A stretch of 58,718 bases of DNA from a virus. Lineage: Duplodnaviria > Caudoviricetes. The notes beneath the pieces are model-generated. The model made no database searches and had not been told where the DNA came from. It saw nothing but the letters and a program-made list of their open reading frames with translations. A program made the position numbers and the translations under genes. The DNA lies in the IMG/VR virus record IMGVR_UViG_3300025653_000041, positions 1 through 58,718 of that record. One strand, given 5' to 3'. Position 1 is the first letter of the stretch; each line of letters opens with the position of its first letter. Below are positions 7,925-16,832 of the stretch, in pieces.

Positions 7925-9727
7925 ATGGCAGGTTATACTAGACAATCCAGTTATGCTGACGGTGACATTATTAATGCAGCCGACAGTAATGACGAGTACA
8001 ACCAATTACTAGCAGCATTTGTAAATACAACAGGTCACAAGCATGATGGCACAGCCGCAGAAGGTCCAGTCATAGGATTGATTGGTGACCCCGGCGTTGT
8101 TACTCCAAAGAACAAAGTCGTAGTAGACGATGCTAATAATCAAGTAGAAGTATCTATTGACGTAGGCGGTACAAGCACTGAACAGCTTGTTATTAAGGAC
8201 GGTGTAATTGAACCTACTACAGACAATGACATTGACTTGGGTGCATCAGGTAAAGAATTTAAAGACCTATATCTTGACGGTACAGCAAACATTGACGCAC
8301 TTGTAGCTGACACTGCTGACATTAACGGTGGTACGGTAGACGGTGCAGTAATAGGTGGCGCATCTGCTGCTGCTATTACAGGTACAACAGTTGTTGCTAA
8401 TACTAGCATTAACATTGCAGGTGACGGTGCTACCGTTACAGGTATCAAAGACGAAGATGATATGTCATCTAACAGTGCGACTAAACTCGCTACTCAGCAA
8501 TCAATTAAGGCTTATGTAGATGCCCAAGTTACCGCGCAAGACCTCGACTTCCAAGCAGACTCAGGTGGAACATTATCTATCGACCTTGACAGCGAGACTT
8601 TTACGCTTACAGGTGGCACAGGTATTGATACTGCTGGTTCTGGCAATGCTGTTACTTTTGCTATTGATAGCACCGTAGCAACTCTTACAGGGTCACAGAC
8701 GCTTACTAACAAGACTATTGATGTAGACAATAACACTGTATCTAACATCGAAGTAGACAACCTCAAGTCAGGCGTACTTGATACTGACCTGTCTAGCGTA
8801 GCTGGTACAGATACTACACTGGCATCCGCTAAAGCTATTAAGACTTACGTAGACGCACAGGTAACTGCACAGGACTTAGACTTCTCAGGTGACAGTGGTG
8901 GCGCACAGAACGTAGACTTAGATAGTCAGTCACTGACATTCACTGGTGGTACAGGTATTGATACTACAGGTTCATCACAGACAATGACTGTAGCTATTGA
9001 CAGCACTGTAGCTACACTAACAGGGTCACAAACTTTAACAAATAAAACCTTGACAAGTCCTGTGCTGAATAGTACAATAAGTGGAACTTCAATTAAAGAT
9101 GAAGACGATATGTCTTCTAACAGTGCCAGCCACTTAGCAACACAGCAATCAATCAAAGCATACGTAGATACACAAGTAGCTACAATACCTACAGGCGATA
9201 TTACTTCTGTAGTAGCTGGTTCAGGTATGACAGGTGGTGGTACATCAGGTGATGTTACTCTTAATGTTATCGGTGGTACAGGTATTACTGCTAATGCTGA
9301 TGAAATTACTATTGACGCTACAGTAGCCACACTGTCTGGTACACAGACACTTACAAACAAAAGTATTGATGCATCACAGCTTACTGGTACAGTAGCTAAT
9401 GCAAGACTAGATGCAGAGTTACAAGCCCTAGCAGGTTTAACATCTGCAGCAAATAAAGGTATTGAGTTTACAGGTTCAGGAACTGCAGGAACTTATGACT
9501 TAACTGCCGCAGGTAAAGCCTTGTTGGATGATGCCGATGCAGCAGCACAACGTAGTACATTAGGTCTAGGCTCTGCTGCAGTATTGACAGCAGGTACATC
9601 AGCAAGTAATGCAGTACAGCTAGATGGTTCTGCAAGACTACCAGCAGTAGATGGTTCGCAGTTGACTAATCTACCAGCAACAGGTGCAACTGCTGGCTTT
9701 GCAGTAGCTATGGCAATTGCACTTTAG
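7925..9727 (+). CDS. tail fiber protein with internal repeats
   Basis: MAGYTRQS...GHKHDGT anchor, repeated ATQQSIKAYVD/QDLDF/TQTLTNK units, C-terminal FAVAMAIAL. Confidence 0.8.
   Translation: MAGYTRQSSYADGDIINAADSNDEYNQLLAAFVNTTGHKHDGTAAEGPVIGLIGDPGVVTPKNKVVVDDANNQVEVSIDVGGTSTEQLVIKDGVIEPTTDNDIDLGASGKEFKDLYLDGTANIDALVADTADINGGTVDGAVIGGASAAAITGTTVVANTSINIAGDGATVTGIKDEDDMSSNSATKLATQQSIKAYVDAQVTAQDLDFQADSGGTLSIDLDSETFTLTGGTGIDTAGSGNAVTFAIDSTVATLTGSQTLTNKTIDVDNNTVSNIEVDNLKSGVLDTDLSSVAGTDTTLASAKAIKTYVDAQVTAQDLDFSGDSGGAQNVDLDSQSLTFTGGTGIDTTGSSQTMTVAIDSTVATLTGSQTLTNKTLTSPVLNSTISGTSIKDEDDMSSNSASHLATQQSIKAYVDTQVATIPTGDITSVVAGSGMTGGGTSGDVTLNVIGGTGITANADEITIDATVATLSGTQTLTNKSIDASQLTGTVANARLDAELQALAGLTSAANKGIEFTGSGTAGTYDLTAAGKALLDDADAAAQRSTLGLGSAAVLTAGTSASNAVQLDGSARLPAVDGSQLTNLPATGATAGFAVAMAIAL
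8444..9180 (+). repeat. intragenic repeats in tail fiber
   Basis: IKDEDDMSSNSA..LATQQSIKAYVD twice plus a SAKAIKTYVD variant; QDLDF..DSGG...TGGTGIDT...AIDSTVATLTGSQTLTNKT twice. Confidence 0.85.
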
Positions 9728-9730
9728 CAC

Positions 9731-9759
9731 TTGACAAACAAGTAAAAGTATGGTATAAT
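9731..9759 (+). promoter_or_regulatory. consensus sigma70 promoter for tail-appendage module
   Basis: TTGACA-17-TATAAT with extended -10 TG. Confidence 0.85.
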
Positions 9760-9785
9760 TATACTTATCTTAATTAGGAGATGAA

Positions 9786-10112
9786 ATGGCACAGGATTTT
9801 GAAAGAAACATTGCAAGGAATGTTGGTACAGGCGCAGTAACAATGCGTACAGCTAACTCCGATGATGCACTGATTGGTATCAATATTGCTAATGTTACAA
9901 CAACACAGATTCTAATGGATGTGTTTATTAATGATGGGTCTAACGATTACTACATCATTAAAGATGCACCTATCCCTGTAGGTTCAGCCTTGCAGGTACT
10001 AGATGGTGGTGCAAAGGTTGTAATGCAAAACAATGACGTACTCAAGGTACAGAGTGATACTGCATCAAGTGCAGATGTTTGGGTTTCCGTAGTCGATACT
10101 ATTAGTTCATAA
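9786..10112 (+). CDS. small beta-sandwich virion protein
   Basis: SD AGGAG; similar to 47206..47565. Confidence 0.6.
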   Translation: MAQDFERNIARNVGTGAVTMRTANSDDALIGINIANVTTTQILMDVFINDGSNDYYIIKDAPIPVGSALQVLDGGAKVVMQNNDVLKVQSDTASSADVWVSVVDTISS

Positions 10113-10122
10113 GGAATAAAGT

Positions 10123-10572
10123 ATGCCGTATATTGGTCAAAAAGTTCCGGGTAGCTATCAAGCCACTAAAGCAGTACAACGCTTTAATGGTGACGGTAGT
10201 GATACCACATTTACACTGACTACTACAGTATCTTCTGTGCAAGATGTGCTGGTGTCAGTTGATGGTGTTGTACAAGACACTGCCGCCTACACTATTCCTG
10301 ATGGCACTACACTAACATTTACTGCCGCCCCTTCCTCTGGTACTGGTAATATCTTTGTGAATTACCTTGCCCCACAAGCGGGTACGATTACACCAGCCGC
10401 TGAGAACAAAGGCAACTTCAAAGCTGGTGGTCTGTTCCGTACCAATGCACAAACCCTTACAGCAAATACAACCATCCTTGCTACAGAAAACGCCAATGTA
10501 ACTGGTCCGTTTACTGTGGCTAGTGGTGTTACATTAACCGTTGAAAGCGGTGGGACATTGGTGACGCTATGA
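10123..10572 (+). CDS. tail-appendage protein (MPYIG family, copy 1)
   Basis: FNGDGSDTTFTL...VSVDGVVQ...FTAAP domain and C-terminal beta-helix-like tail; paralog of 13808..14269. Confidence 0.65.
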   Translation: MPYIGQKVPGSYQATKAVQRFNGDGSDTTFTLTTTVSSVQDVLVSVDGVVQDTAAYTIPDGTTLTFTAAPSSGTGNIFVNYLAPQAGTITPAAENKGNFKAGGLFRTNAQTLTANTTILATENANVTGPFTVASGVTLTVESGGTLVTL

Positions 10573-10949
10573 GTACATTAAAAGCAGATACCATTCAGAG
10601 TACAGGCGGTGGTGCGGCTACGCTGACTAAGCAGAGTGCGCCAAAACATTGGATTAGGCATAGTAACGGCGCATCCATAACCAACAGTTTTAACAACACA
10701 AGTTTAACTGATTCTGGGACAGGAACATATATTGCTGTTGTTACAAGCGCATTTTCTGATGCTAATTATTGTGTTGTTATTAATGCTGGCGGTACAGATA
10801 CGGCTGGTGGAAATGCTACATTTGAAAGTACAGAAACACTTACCAGCAATAATGTCGGTCATAATGTTAGAGATGGAACAACGTCCACCAACGCTGGTCG
10901 GCAGGATGCAACGCAAACCTGTGTTTCTTGTTTAGGAGACCTAGCATGA
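10569..10949 (+). CDS. small tail-appendage protein (GDLA family 1)
   Basis: PKHW...SFN..SLTD.GTG.Y...GDLA* shared with four paralogs. Confidence 0.7.
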   Translation: MSTLKADTIQSTGGGAATLTKQSAPKHWIRHSNGASITNSFNNTSLTDSGTGTYIAVVTSAFSDANYCVVINAGGTDTAGGNATFESTETLTSNNVGHNVRDGTTSTNAGRQDATQTCVSCLGDLA

Positions 10950-11818
10950 GTGAAGTAAAGACAAATAAAATCAGCAGTCTTGCTAGCAACAACGACATTA
11001 CGATTGACCCTGATGGCACTGGTAACACCATTGTTGCCTCAGGCAAATTAGCTGTAGGCACTACGACACCATCAAGTTACAACGGTGGTGCAGATGATTT
11101 AGTTCTAGCCACCACAGGTTCAACTGGTATTACTATTGCCTCTGGAACAAGCAACAATGGTTCTTTGTTCTTTGCTGATGGTACTTCTGGTGCGTCCCAG
11201 TATAGCGGTTATATTCAGTATGACCAAAACAATAATGCTATGAGTTTTGGAACTAACTCTGCTGAACGGATGCGTATTGATTCGGCAGGTGCCATACGTT
11301 TAGCAAACACAAGTATGAATATTGACAACTCTGGAAATACGGCAACTGGATTAAGTGTTGCTAGTACAGGAGTAACACATATTGCAACAAGTGGAAATAA
11401 CACTAGCTTGATTATCCAGCGTGTAAGTGATACTGGAACTGACTATGCAGTATTTTTTATGTACGGTTCAGCGGGTGTAGGTAGTATTACAGTTAATGGT
11501 TCTTCCACAGCCTACAACACATCATCCGACTACCGACTCAAAGAAAATGTCACATACGATTGGGATGCTACAACCCGCCTAAAGCAACTCAAGCCAGCAC
11601 GTTTTAACTTCATTGCTGATGCAGATACCACAGTCGATGGCTTCTTAGCGCATGAGGCGCAAGCAGTCGTACCAGAAGCGATTACAGGCACTAAGGATGC
11701 AGTAGATGCTGATGGTAATCCTGTAATGCAGGGAATAGACCAGTCTAAAATCGTCCCATTGCTTGTGAAGACCATCCTTGAATTAGAAGCGCGTATTACG
11801 GCGTTGGAGACTGAATAA
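10946..11818 (+). CDS. tail fiber/spike with C-terminal intramolecular chaperone (peptidase S74-like)
   Basis: YNTSSDYRLKEN autocleavage motif, GFLAHEAQAVVPEA, C-terminal coiled coil; start at ATG after GGAG. Confidence 0.85.
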   Translation: MSEVKTNKISSLASNNDITIDPDGTGNTIVASGKLAVGTTTPSSYNGGADDLVLATTGSTGITIASGTSNNGSLFFADGTSGASQYSGYIQYDQNNNAMSFGTNSAERMRIDSAGAIRLANTSMNIDNSGNTATGLSVASTGVTHIATSGNNTSLIIQRVSDTGTDYAVFFMYGSAGVGSITVNGSSTAYNTSSDYRLKENVTYDWDATTRLKQLKPARFNFIADADTTVDGFLAHEAQAVVPEAITGTKDAVDADGNPVMQGIDQSKIVPLLVKTILELEARITALETE

Positions 11819-12213
11819 TGGCACTAGGTAAAATCAAAGCAGATACCCTAGAACACAGCACCGCAGGGTCACTTGATACGCAGTACGTTGTGAATGGTAG
11901 TGCGAAGGCTTGGATTAACTTCAATGGCACAGGAACTATAGCTACTAGAGAATCCTTAAATATAAGTAGTATTACGGATGTTACTACTGGAACATATAAT
12001 GTGACTAAGACTAATAGTTTTTCAAATGCAAATTATATTACAAATGTTTCAACAGGGGGCGGGTCTTTTGTAACGCCGTGTGTAGGGCATCAAAATGGTT
12101 CCTTTACCATATATACTGCTTCTGTAACACAAACAGAAAATAGAAATCAAAATGCGGGAGACTTATTCGATGCAACTTTGATGCTTTTATCTTATACCGG
12201 AGACCTAGCATAA
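11818..12213 (+). CDS. small tail-appendage protein (GDLA family 2)
   Basis: GSAKAWINFNGTG...SSITD...GDLA*. Confidence 0.7.
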   Translation: MALGKIKADTLEHSTAGSLDTQYVVNGSAKAWINFNGTGTIATRESLNISSITDVTTGTYNVTKTNSFSNANYITNVSTGGGSFVTPCVGHQNGSFTIYTASVTQTENRNQNAGDLFDATLMLLSYTGDLA

Positions 12214-12686
12214 TGCAGACACCTGAATTTCAAGGCACACATCTATTTGACCGCCTATGTTGGGCAAAGGAAAACCTAGAAGGTCATCAGTCTGACTATC
12301 GTGTAGTTTATGAGGACAGCGTAGATGAGTGTGCAAAGATACTGGTTCCTGACCCTAACTGGATGGCGTGTGCGCTACAGGGCGGTATCCTGCCTCCTGT
12401 CGAAGTGTATTGGGAACTAGCAAAAGATGAAGCACAACCAGACTTCAAGAAGCATACTCGTGGCTACCTGTTACATGACACCAAGCCTATTGATGCTATG
12501 ACCGAAGAACAGGCTATTGAATACCTGATTATGAAAGACTGCCCACAGCATGTGTGGCAAAATTGGAATCAAGGCAACAAACCAAAGATGGTTATCTGCC
12601 GTAAAGAACAGCTTCCCGGCTCACGTGAGTGGCGCAATGCTTGGAAGATTACTGAAGAACTTAGCGTCACCGATTTAGCAGCCTAA
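12213..12686 (+). CDS. conserved phage protein, possible tail-fiber assembly chaperone
   Basis: Translationally coupled; LPGSREWRNAW C-terminal motif. Confidence 0.5.
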   Translation: MQTPEFQGTHLFDRLCWAKENLEGHQSDYRVVYEDSVDECAKILVPDPNWMACALQGGILPPVEVYWELAKDEAQPDFKKHTRGYLLHDTKPIDAMTEEQAIEYLIMKDCPQHVWQNWNQGNKPKMVICRKEQLPGSREWRNAWKITEELSVTDLAA

Positions 12687-12699
12687 GAGGAGAAACCTA

Positions 12700-13071
12700 A
12701 TGGCACAAACATACATCGTAGACAAGGACGGGAATCAGATTGATGCTTCAACTGCAACTGTCCCTGCAGACCGTCACTTCCGTGGTGCATGGTCATTGAG
12801 TGGCACAGTCATAACAGAAGATATGGCAGCAGCCAAAACAATCTTTCAAGATAAAATCCGTGAAGTACGTGGTCCACTGCTAGAGGCAGAAGACGTAGTG
12901 TACATGAAGGCACTTGAAGCTGATGACGCAGACGCAAAGGCAGCATCGGTAGCTAAGAAAGCAGCACTGCGTGATGCACCTGCGGCATCTGCAATCACTA
13001 ACGCTGCTGACATTGCAGCACTCAAGGCAGCTTGGGATACAGACGTACTTGGCGATAGCCCATACGCATAA
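12700..13071 (+). CDS. tail fiber assembly chaperone-like protein
   Basis: DRHFRGAW, IREVRGPLL and KAALRDAP motifs typical of fiber chaperones. Confidence 0.6.
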   Translation: MAQTYIVDKDGNQIDASTATVPADRHFRGAWSLSGTVITEDMAAAKTIFQDKIREVRGPLLEAEDVVYMKALEADDADAKAASVAKKAALRDAPAASAITNAADIAALKAAWDTDVLGDSPYA

Positions 13072-13083
13072 GGGAGATAGACT

Positions 13084-13638
13084 GTGGCGTTAACTAAAGT
13101 AAACAGAGGTGGGTTAAATACAGGCATTTCTGATTCTAGTGATGCTACAGCTATTACTATTGACTCATCAGAAAACGTATCTTTCACTGGTATTTTAACT
13201 ACTGGTGCGGGTTCAGTAGGCATGGGACCAGCTTTTTTTGTACATCCTTCAAGTGGGCAGTCAGTATCACAAGCAACTTTTACAAAGGTAGCACTAGGCA
13301 CGGAAGTTTTTGATACAGACAACAAATTTGCATCTGATAAATTTACTCCAACCGTAGCAGGATATTATCAAATTAATGCCTCTGTAACTTTTTCCAATGC
13401 AACTTTTACTCAAGGTGGTGCTATCTTGCAAGTACGTAAAAACGGGTCAACAATTTTTGCTTTTAATTCTGTCGTAGGCGGGTTTGAATCTCGACATGGA
13501 ATTAATGGTTCTGGTTTAGTTTATTTAGACAGTGATGATTTTGTTGAAATGTGGATTTATAATGCTAGTTCAGCAGTAACAATTGCTGACGCTACTAATG
13601 AAACTCACTTTTCTGGTGGAATGATAAGGAAAGCATAA
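13084..13638 (+). CDS. C1q/TNF-like receptor-binding domain protein
   Basis: GPAF...EVFDT...FTPTVAGYYQIN...LVYL...D.VE...THFSG pattern; GTG start with GGGAG SD. Confidence 0.7.
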   Translation: MALTKVNRGGLNTGISDSSDATAITIDSSENVSFTGILTTGAGSVGMGPAFFVHPSSGQSVSQATFTKVALGTEVFDTDNKFASDKFTPTVAGYYQINASVTFSNATFTQGGAILQVRKNGSTIFAFNSVVGGFESRHGINGSGLVYLDSDDFVEMWIYNASSAVTIADATNETHFSGGMIRKA

Positions 13639-13808
13639 TGACGTTATATGATAAAATCATAAAAATTTACCCTGCTCTTGAAGGCAAAGATTTTTCTATA
13701 GTCGGCATTATCCTTGAAAATAAATCAGATGGTAATGGCGATTACATTAAAGAGTGGAATCACGCCAGTCTTTCACAGCCAACACAAAGTCAGTTGGAGG
13801 ACGCATAA
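13638..13808 (+). CDS. 56-aa XkdW-like fiber chaperone (not in ORF track)
   Basis: MTLYDKIIKIYP...SDGNGDYIKEWNH...QPT; TAATG coupling at both ends. Confidence 0.65.
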   Translation: MTLYDKIIKIYPALEGKDFSIVGIILENKSDGNGDYIKEWNHASLSQPTQSQLEDA

Positions 13809-14269
13809 TGCCATACATAGGTAAATCCCCACAGAACGGTGTACGTAACCGTTTCGTATATCAGGCCACAGCAGGGCAGACTAGCTTCTCTGGTAGTGAT
13901 GCTGACTCTAAGGTACTTACCTATCAAGATGGTCTGTACATGGACGTGTATCAGAATGGTGTACTACTTAAACCCGGTACAGACTACACTGCCACCACAG
14001 GTACAACAGTCGTGCTGGTCACAGGTGCATCACTAAATGACGTAGTTGAGATGGTAGCCTACGATGTGTTCTCTGTAGCCAACAGCTACACAGTGACAGA
14101 AAGTGACACACGCTACCCATTCAAAGGTAACAACAGCATCATCCGCTTGAATGGTCAAAGCATCACGGCAGACGTTACTATTGATGCAGATGAAAATGGC
14201 GTGAGTGCAGGTCCGATTACACAGGACAATGCCACCGTCACTGTTAACGGATATTGGAGTATCGTATGA
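13808..14269 (+). CDS. tail-appendage protein (MPYIG family, copy 2)
   Basis: MPYIGKSP...ATAGQTSF...DVYQNGVLL...DYTAT; C-terminus resembles 10123..10572. Confidence 0.65.
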   Translation: MPYIGKSPQNGVRNRFVYQATAGQTSFSGSDADSKVLTYQDGLYMDVYQNGVLLKPGTDYTATTGTTVVLVTGASLNDVVEMVAYDVFSVANSYTVTESDTRYPFKGNNSIIRLNGQSITADVTIDADENGVSAGPITQDNATVTVNGYWSIV

Positions 14270-14691
14270 CCAGTCAACTTAATGTAGATACCATTGTAGA
14301 CAAGGCTGGCTCTGGTGGCACGAATGTAAAGGTTGCCAACAATGCTGTTGCTGTGGCTGAAGGTGGCAGTGCAACAACCAATGTTGTGCAGGGTCTGGCG
14401 AAGGCTTGGTCTCAGGTAAAACAGACAGACACCTTTGCAGTAAACGATTCCTTTAATATTAGTTCTGGGGTTGACCAAGGTACAGGCATTGCCCGAATGA
14501 ATTTATCTACATCTTTTGCTAACACAACTTTTTCTGGTCATTGTACAAATGACTCTTCTGGGTGGGGTCATAACGGATGTATAGATGATGTAGCAACTTC
14601 TCGTTATGATATGTATCAGATGCAAACAGATACAACAGGAGCCGCTGATACCCCCAGAACTCAATCGGTAGCATTTGGAGACCTCGCATAA
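14266..14691 (+). CDS. small tail-appendage protein (GDLA family 3)
   Basis: QGLAKAW...DSFNISS..D.GTG...GDLA*. Confidence 0.7.
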   Translation: MTSQLNVDTIVDKAGSGGTNVKVANNAVAVAEGGSATTNVVQGLAKAWSQVKQTDTFAVNDSFNISSGVDQGTGIARMNLSTSFANTTFSGHCTNDSSGWGHNGCIDDVATSRYDMYQMQTDTTGAADTPRTQSVAFGDLA

Positions 14692-15083
14692 TGGCTAGTC
14701 AATTAAAAGTAGACTCAATCACAGGAGTAACCACGGCTGGTTCTATTAGCGTGACAGGTGAAGGCAACTCAACTACGACTAATCTGCAACAGGGGCTGGC
14801 GAAGGTGTGGTGTGCGTTTAATGGTCAAGGGACTATTGCAGTTAGAGATTCGTTCAATACGGCTAGTCTTACTGACAATGGAACAGGCGCACACACTGTC
14901 AATTATACGTCAGCGATTGCAACAGTCGAATATGCAGTGACAACAAGTCATCAAGAAAATCAAGTTAATTGCTGCTACGATGGACCAACAGTAAGTAGTG
15001 TTAGAGTTGATAGCCGAAACGATGCTGGAACATACTATGACATTAACCATAAATCAGCGGTAGCACACGGAGACCTCGCATAA
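14691..15083 (+). CDS. small tail-appendage protein (GDLA family 4)
   Basis: QGLAKVW..FNGQG...RDSFN.ASLTDNGTG...GDLA*. Confidence 0.7.
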   Translation: MASQLKVDSITGVTTAGSISVTGEGNSTTTNLQQGLAKVWCAFNGQGTIAVRDSFNTASLTDNGTGAHTVNYTSAIATVEYAVTTSHQENQVNCCYDGPTVSSVRVDSRNDAGTYYDINHKSAVAHGDLA

Positions 15084-15472
15084 TGGCTAGTGAACTTAGA
15101 GTAAACACATTAAAGGATGCCTCTGGTAACAACAGCATTGCTACTAGCTTTGTGGCAGGTGGTAGTGCGAAGGCGTGGGTGAACTTCGATGGCACCGCAT
15201 CTGGTGCGGCGGCAAGAGATTCATTTAATGTTGCGTCTATGACAGATAATGGCACGGGGCAGTACACTGCTAATTTTTCTAGTTCCATGATAAATGATGA
15301 TTTTGCACACAATGTAACTGCTCGCTTGACTACAGGTTCAGGTGCTGTTTTTGGGTCTATTAGAGAAGGTTCCTATTCTACTTCTGCAATGGGCATATAT
15401 ATATTTCTTCCAAACGACAGTTTGTCAGATGCGGCGTATATTGCAACCTCACTTCAAGGAGACCTCGCATGA
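15083..15472 (+). CDS. small tail-appendage protein (GDLA family 5)
   Basis: GSAKAWVNFDGT...RDSFNVASMTDNGTG.Y...GDLA*. Confidence 0.7.
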   Translation: MASELRVNTLKDASGNNSIATSFVAGGSAKAWVNFDGTASGAAARDSFNVASMTDNGTGQYTANFSSSMINDDFAHNVTARLTTGSGAVFGSIREGSYSTSAMGIYIFLPNDSLSDAAYIATSLQGDLA

Positions 15473-16455
15473 GTAAGGCAGCAGAACTAGCCGCACTGAT
15501 TGGTTCGCAGTCGGCGTTGTCGAACAGGAACCTGATTATCAACGGTGCGATGCAGGTGGCGCAACGTGGTACGAGTGAGACCAGTGTATCAACAAGCCAG
15601 TATGCTAACGCTTGTGACCGATTTAAGGTTAATGGAAACAATGGTACTTGGACAATATCGCAAGATACTAATGCACCTTCTGGTTTTTCTAATTCTTTTA
15701 AGATGCTACTGACAGCAACAGAAACTATAGGTGGAACATCGTATTGGTCAGTAGAACATAAAATAGAAGGCCAAAATCTTCAACAGTTATCTTATGGCAC
15801 ATCAGATGCTGAGACTGTTACTGTATCATTTTATGTAAAATCTAATATTACAGGAACGTATTGCTTAAATCTTTATCAGGATGACGGAAGTAAAAACTTT
15901 CCTAAAACCTATACGATTGACAGTGCAAATACTTGGGAACGTAAGACTATTTCATTTGTTGGAGATACATCTACTGCACTAGATAATGACAACGCAAGTA
16001 GCTTACGAACACAGTTCTTTGTTGTGGCTGGTTCGTCATATAACAGCGGAAGTGCAGGTTCACGAGTTGCCTACTCAGACGCAACATTTGCGGCAGGTCA
16101 GTCAGCGCAAGTTGATGCAGTCAACGATTATTGGCAGATTACTGGCCTTCAGATGGAAATTGGCGAACAGGTCACGCCTTTTGAGCATAGGTCTTATGGT
16201 GAAGAACTTTTGGCTTGTATGCGCTACTACTGGAAAGACACTGCACCAGTTTATTTAACACAATATGGTTCAAACGCTATTGCAAATATCTATGCACCTG
16301 TACCTATGAGAGCGACACCTTCTGTATCACAAATATCAGGAACTACAATGTTATTTGGGCAAGCATCAAATGTGCCTTATAGGTATTTTTATGCTTATGT
16401 AGCAGGGAGTTCAGGGGATGCTTATAATGGTACTATAGCAGATGCGGAGTTATAA
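15469..16455 (+). CDS. tail fiber protein with carbohydrate-binding-like domain
   Basis: NRNLIINGAMQVAQRG...ITGLQMEIG..TPFEHRSYGEEL..C.RYY...MRATP motifs common in marine phage fibers. Confidence 0.75.
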   Translation: MSKAAELAALIGSQSALSNRNLIINGAMQVAQRGTSETSVSTSQYANACDRFKVNGNNGTWTISQDTNAPSGFSNSFKMLLTATETIGGTSYWSVEHKIEGQNLQQLSYGTSDAETVTVSFYVKSNITGTYCLNLYQDDGSKNFPKTYTIDSANTWERKTISFVGDTSTALDNDNASSLRTQFFVVAGSSYNSGSAGSRVAYSDATFAAGQSAQVDAVNDYWQITGLQMEIGEQVTPFEHRSYGEELLACMRYYWKDTAPVYLTQYGSNAIANIYAPVPMRATPSVSQISGTTMLFGQASNVPYRYFYAYVAGSSGDAYNGTIADAEL

Positions 16456-16457
16456 TT

Positions 16458-16625
16458 ATGGATATTACATCAGCACAATATAATGAACAACTTGGCGATA
16501 GAAATATCAAAGCCACAATAGATGGGCAAGTAATGTTCGTACCCTTAGACCCCGCCAACAGACACTACGCAGAAATCATGCGTCAGGTAGAAGCTGGCGA
16601 TTTGACTATAGCTGACGCCGACTGA
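16458..16625 (+). CDS. 55-aa fiber chaperone-like protein (not in ORF track)
   Basis: MDITSAQY...VPLDPANRHYAEI...TIADAD; directly follows fiber gene. Confidence 0.65.
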   Translation: MDITSAQYNEQLGDRNIKATIDGQVMFVPLDPANRHYAEIMRQVEAGDLTIADAD

Positions 16626-16831
16626 TGAAGATGATACAGCAACAGGAACAAACCTTGAAAGTAGCAATGGACTTGGAGTCACACGAGAAAGAGTGTGCGA
16701 TGTTCCGTGAGTTGGTACACGGTAAGCTGGACAGTTTAGATAAGCGCATGTGGCGTCTGGAAGCAATGATAATGGGTAGCACTGTAATGGTGGTGGCTAT
16801 GGTAGTTACAGTATTTATGGGAATGAATTAA
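16625..16831 (+). CDS. small coiled-coil protein with C-terminal TM helix
   Basis: HEKECA...LDKRMWRLE followed by a hydrophobic tail. Confidence 0.55.
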   Translation: MKMIQQQEQTLKVAMDLESHEKECAMFRELVHGKLDSLDKRMWRLEAMIMGSTVMVVAMVVTVFMGMN

Positions 16832-16832
16832 T

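Noticed and set aside
10569-15472. Diversity-generating retroelement or invertase shufflon
   Set aside because: No reverse transcriptase, no TR/VR pair with adenine-specific differences, no inverted cassettes or adjacent invertase.
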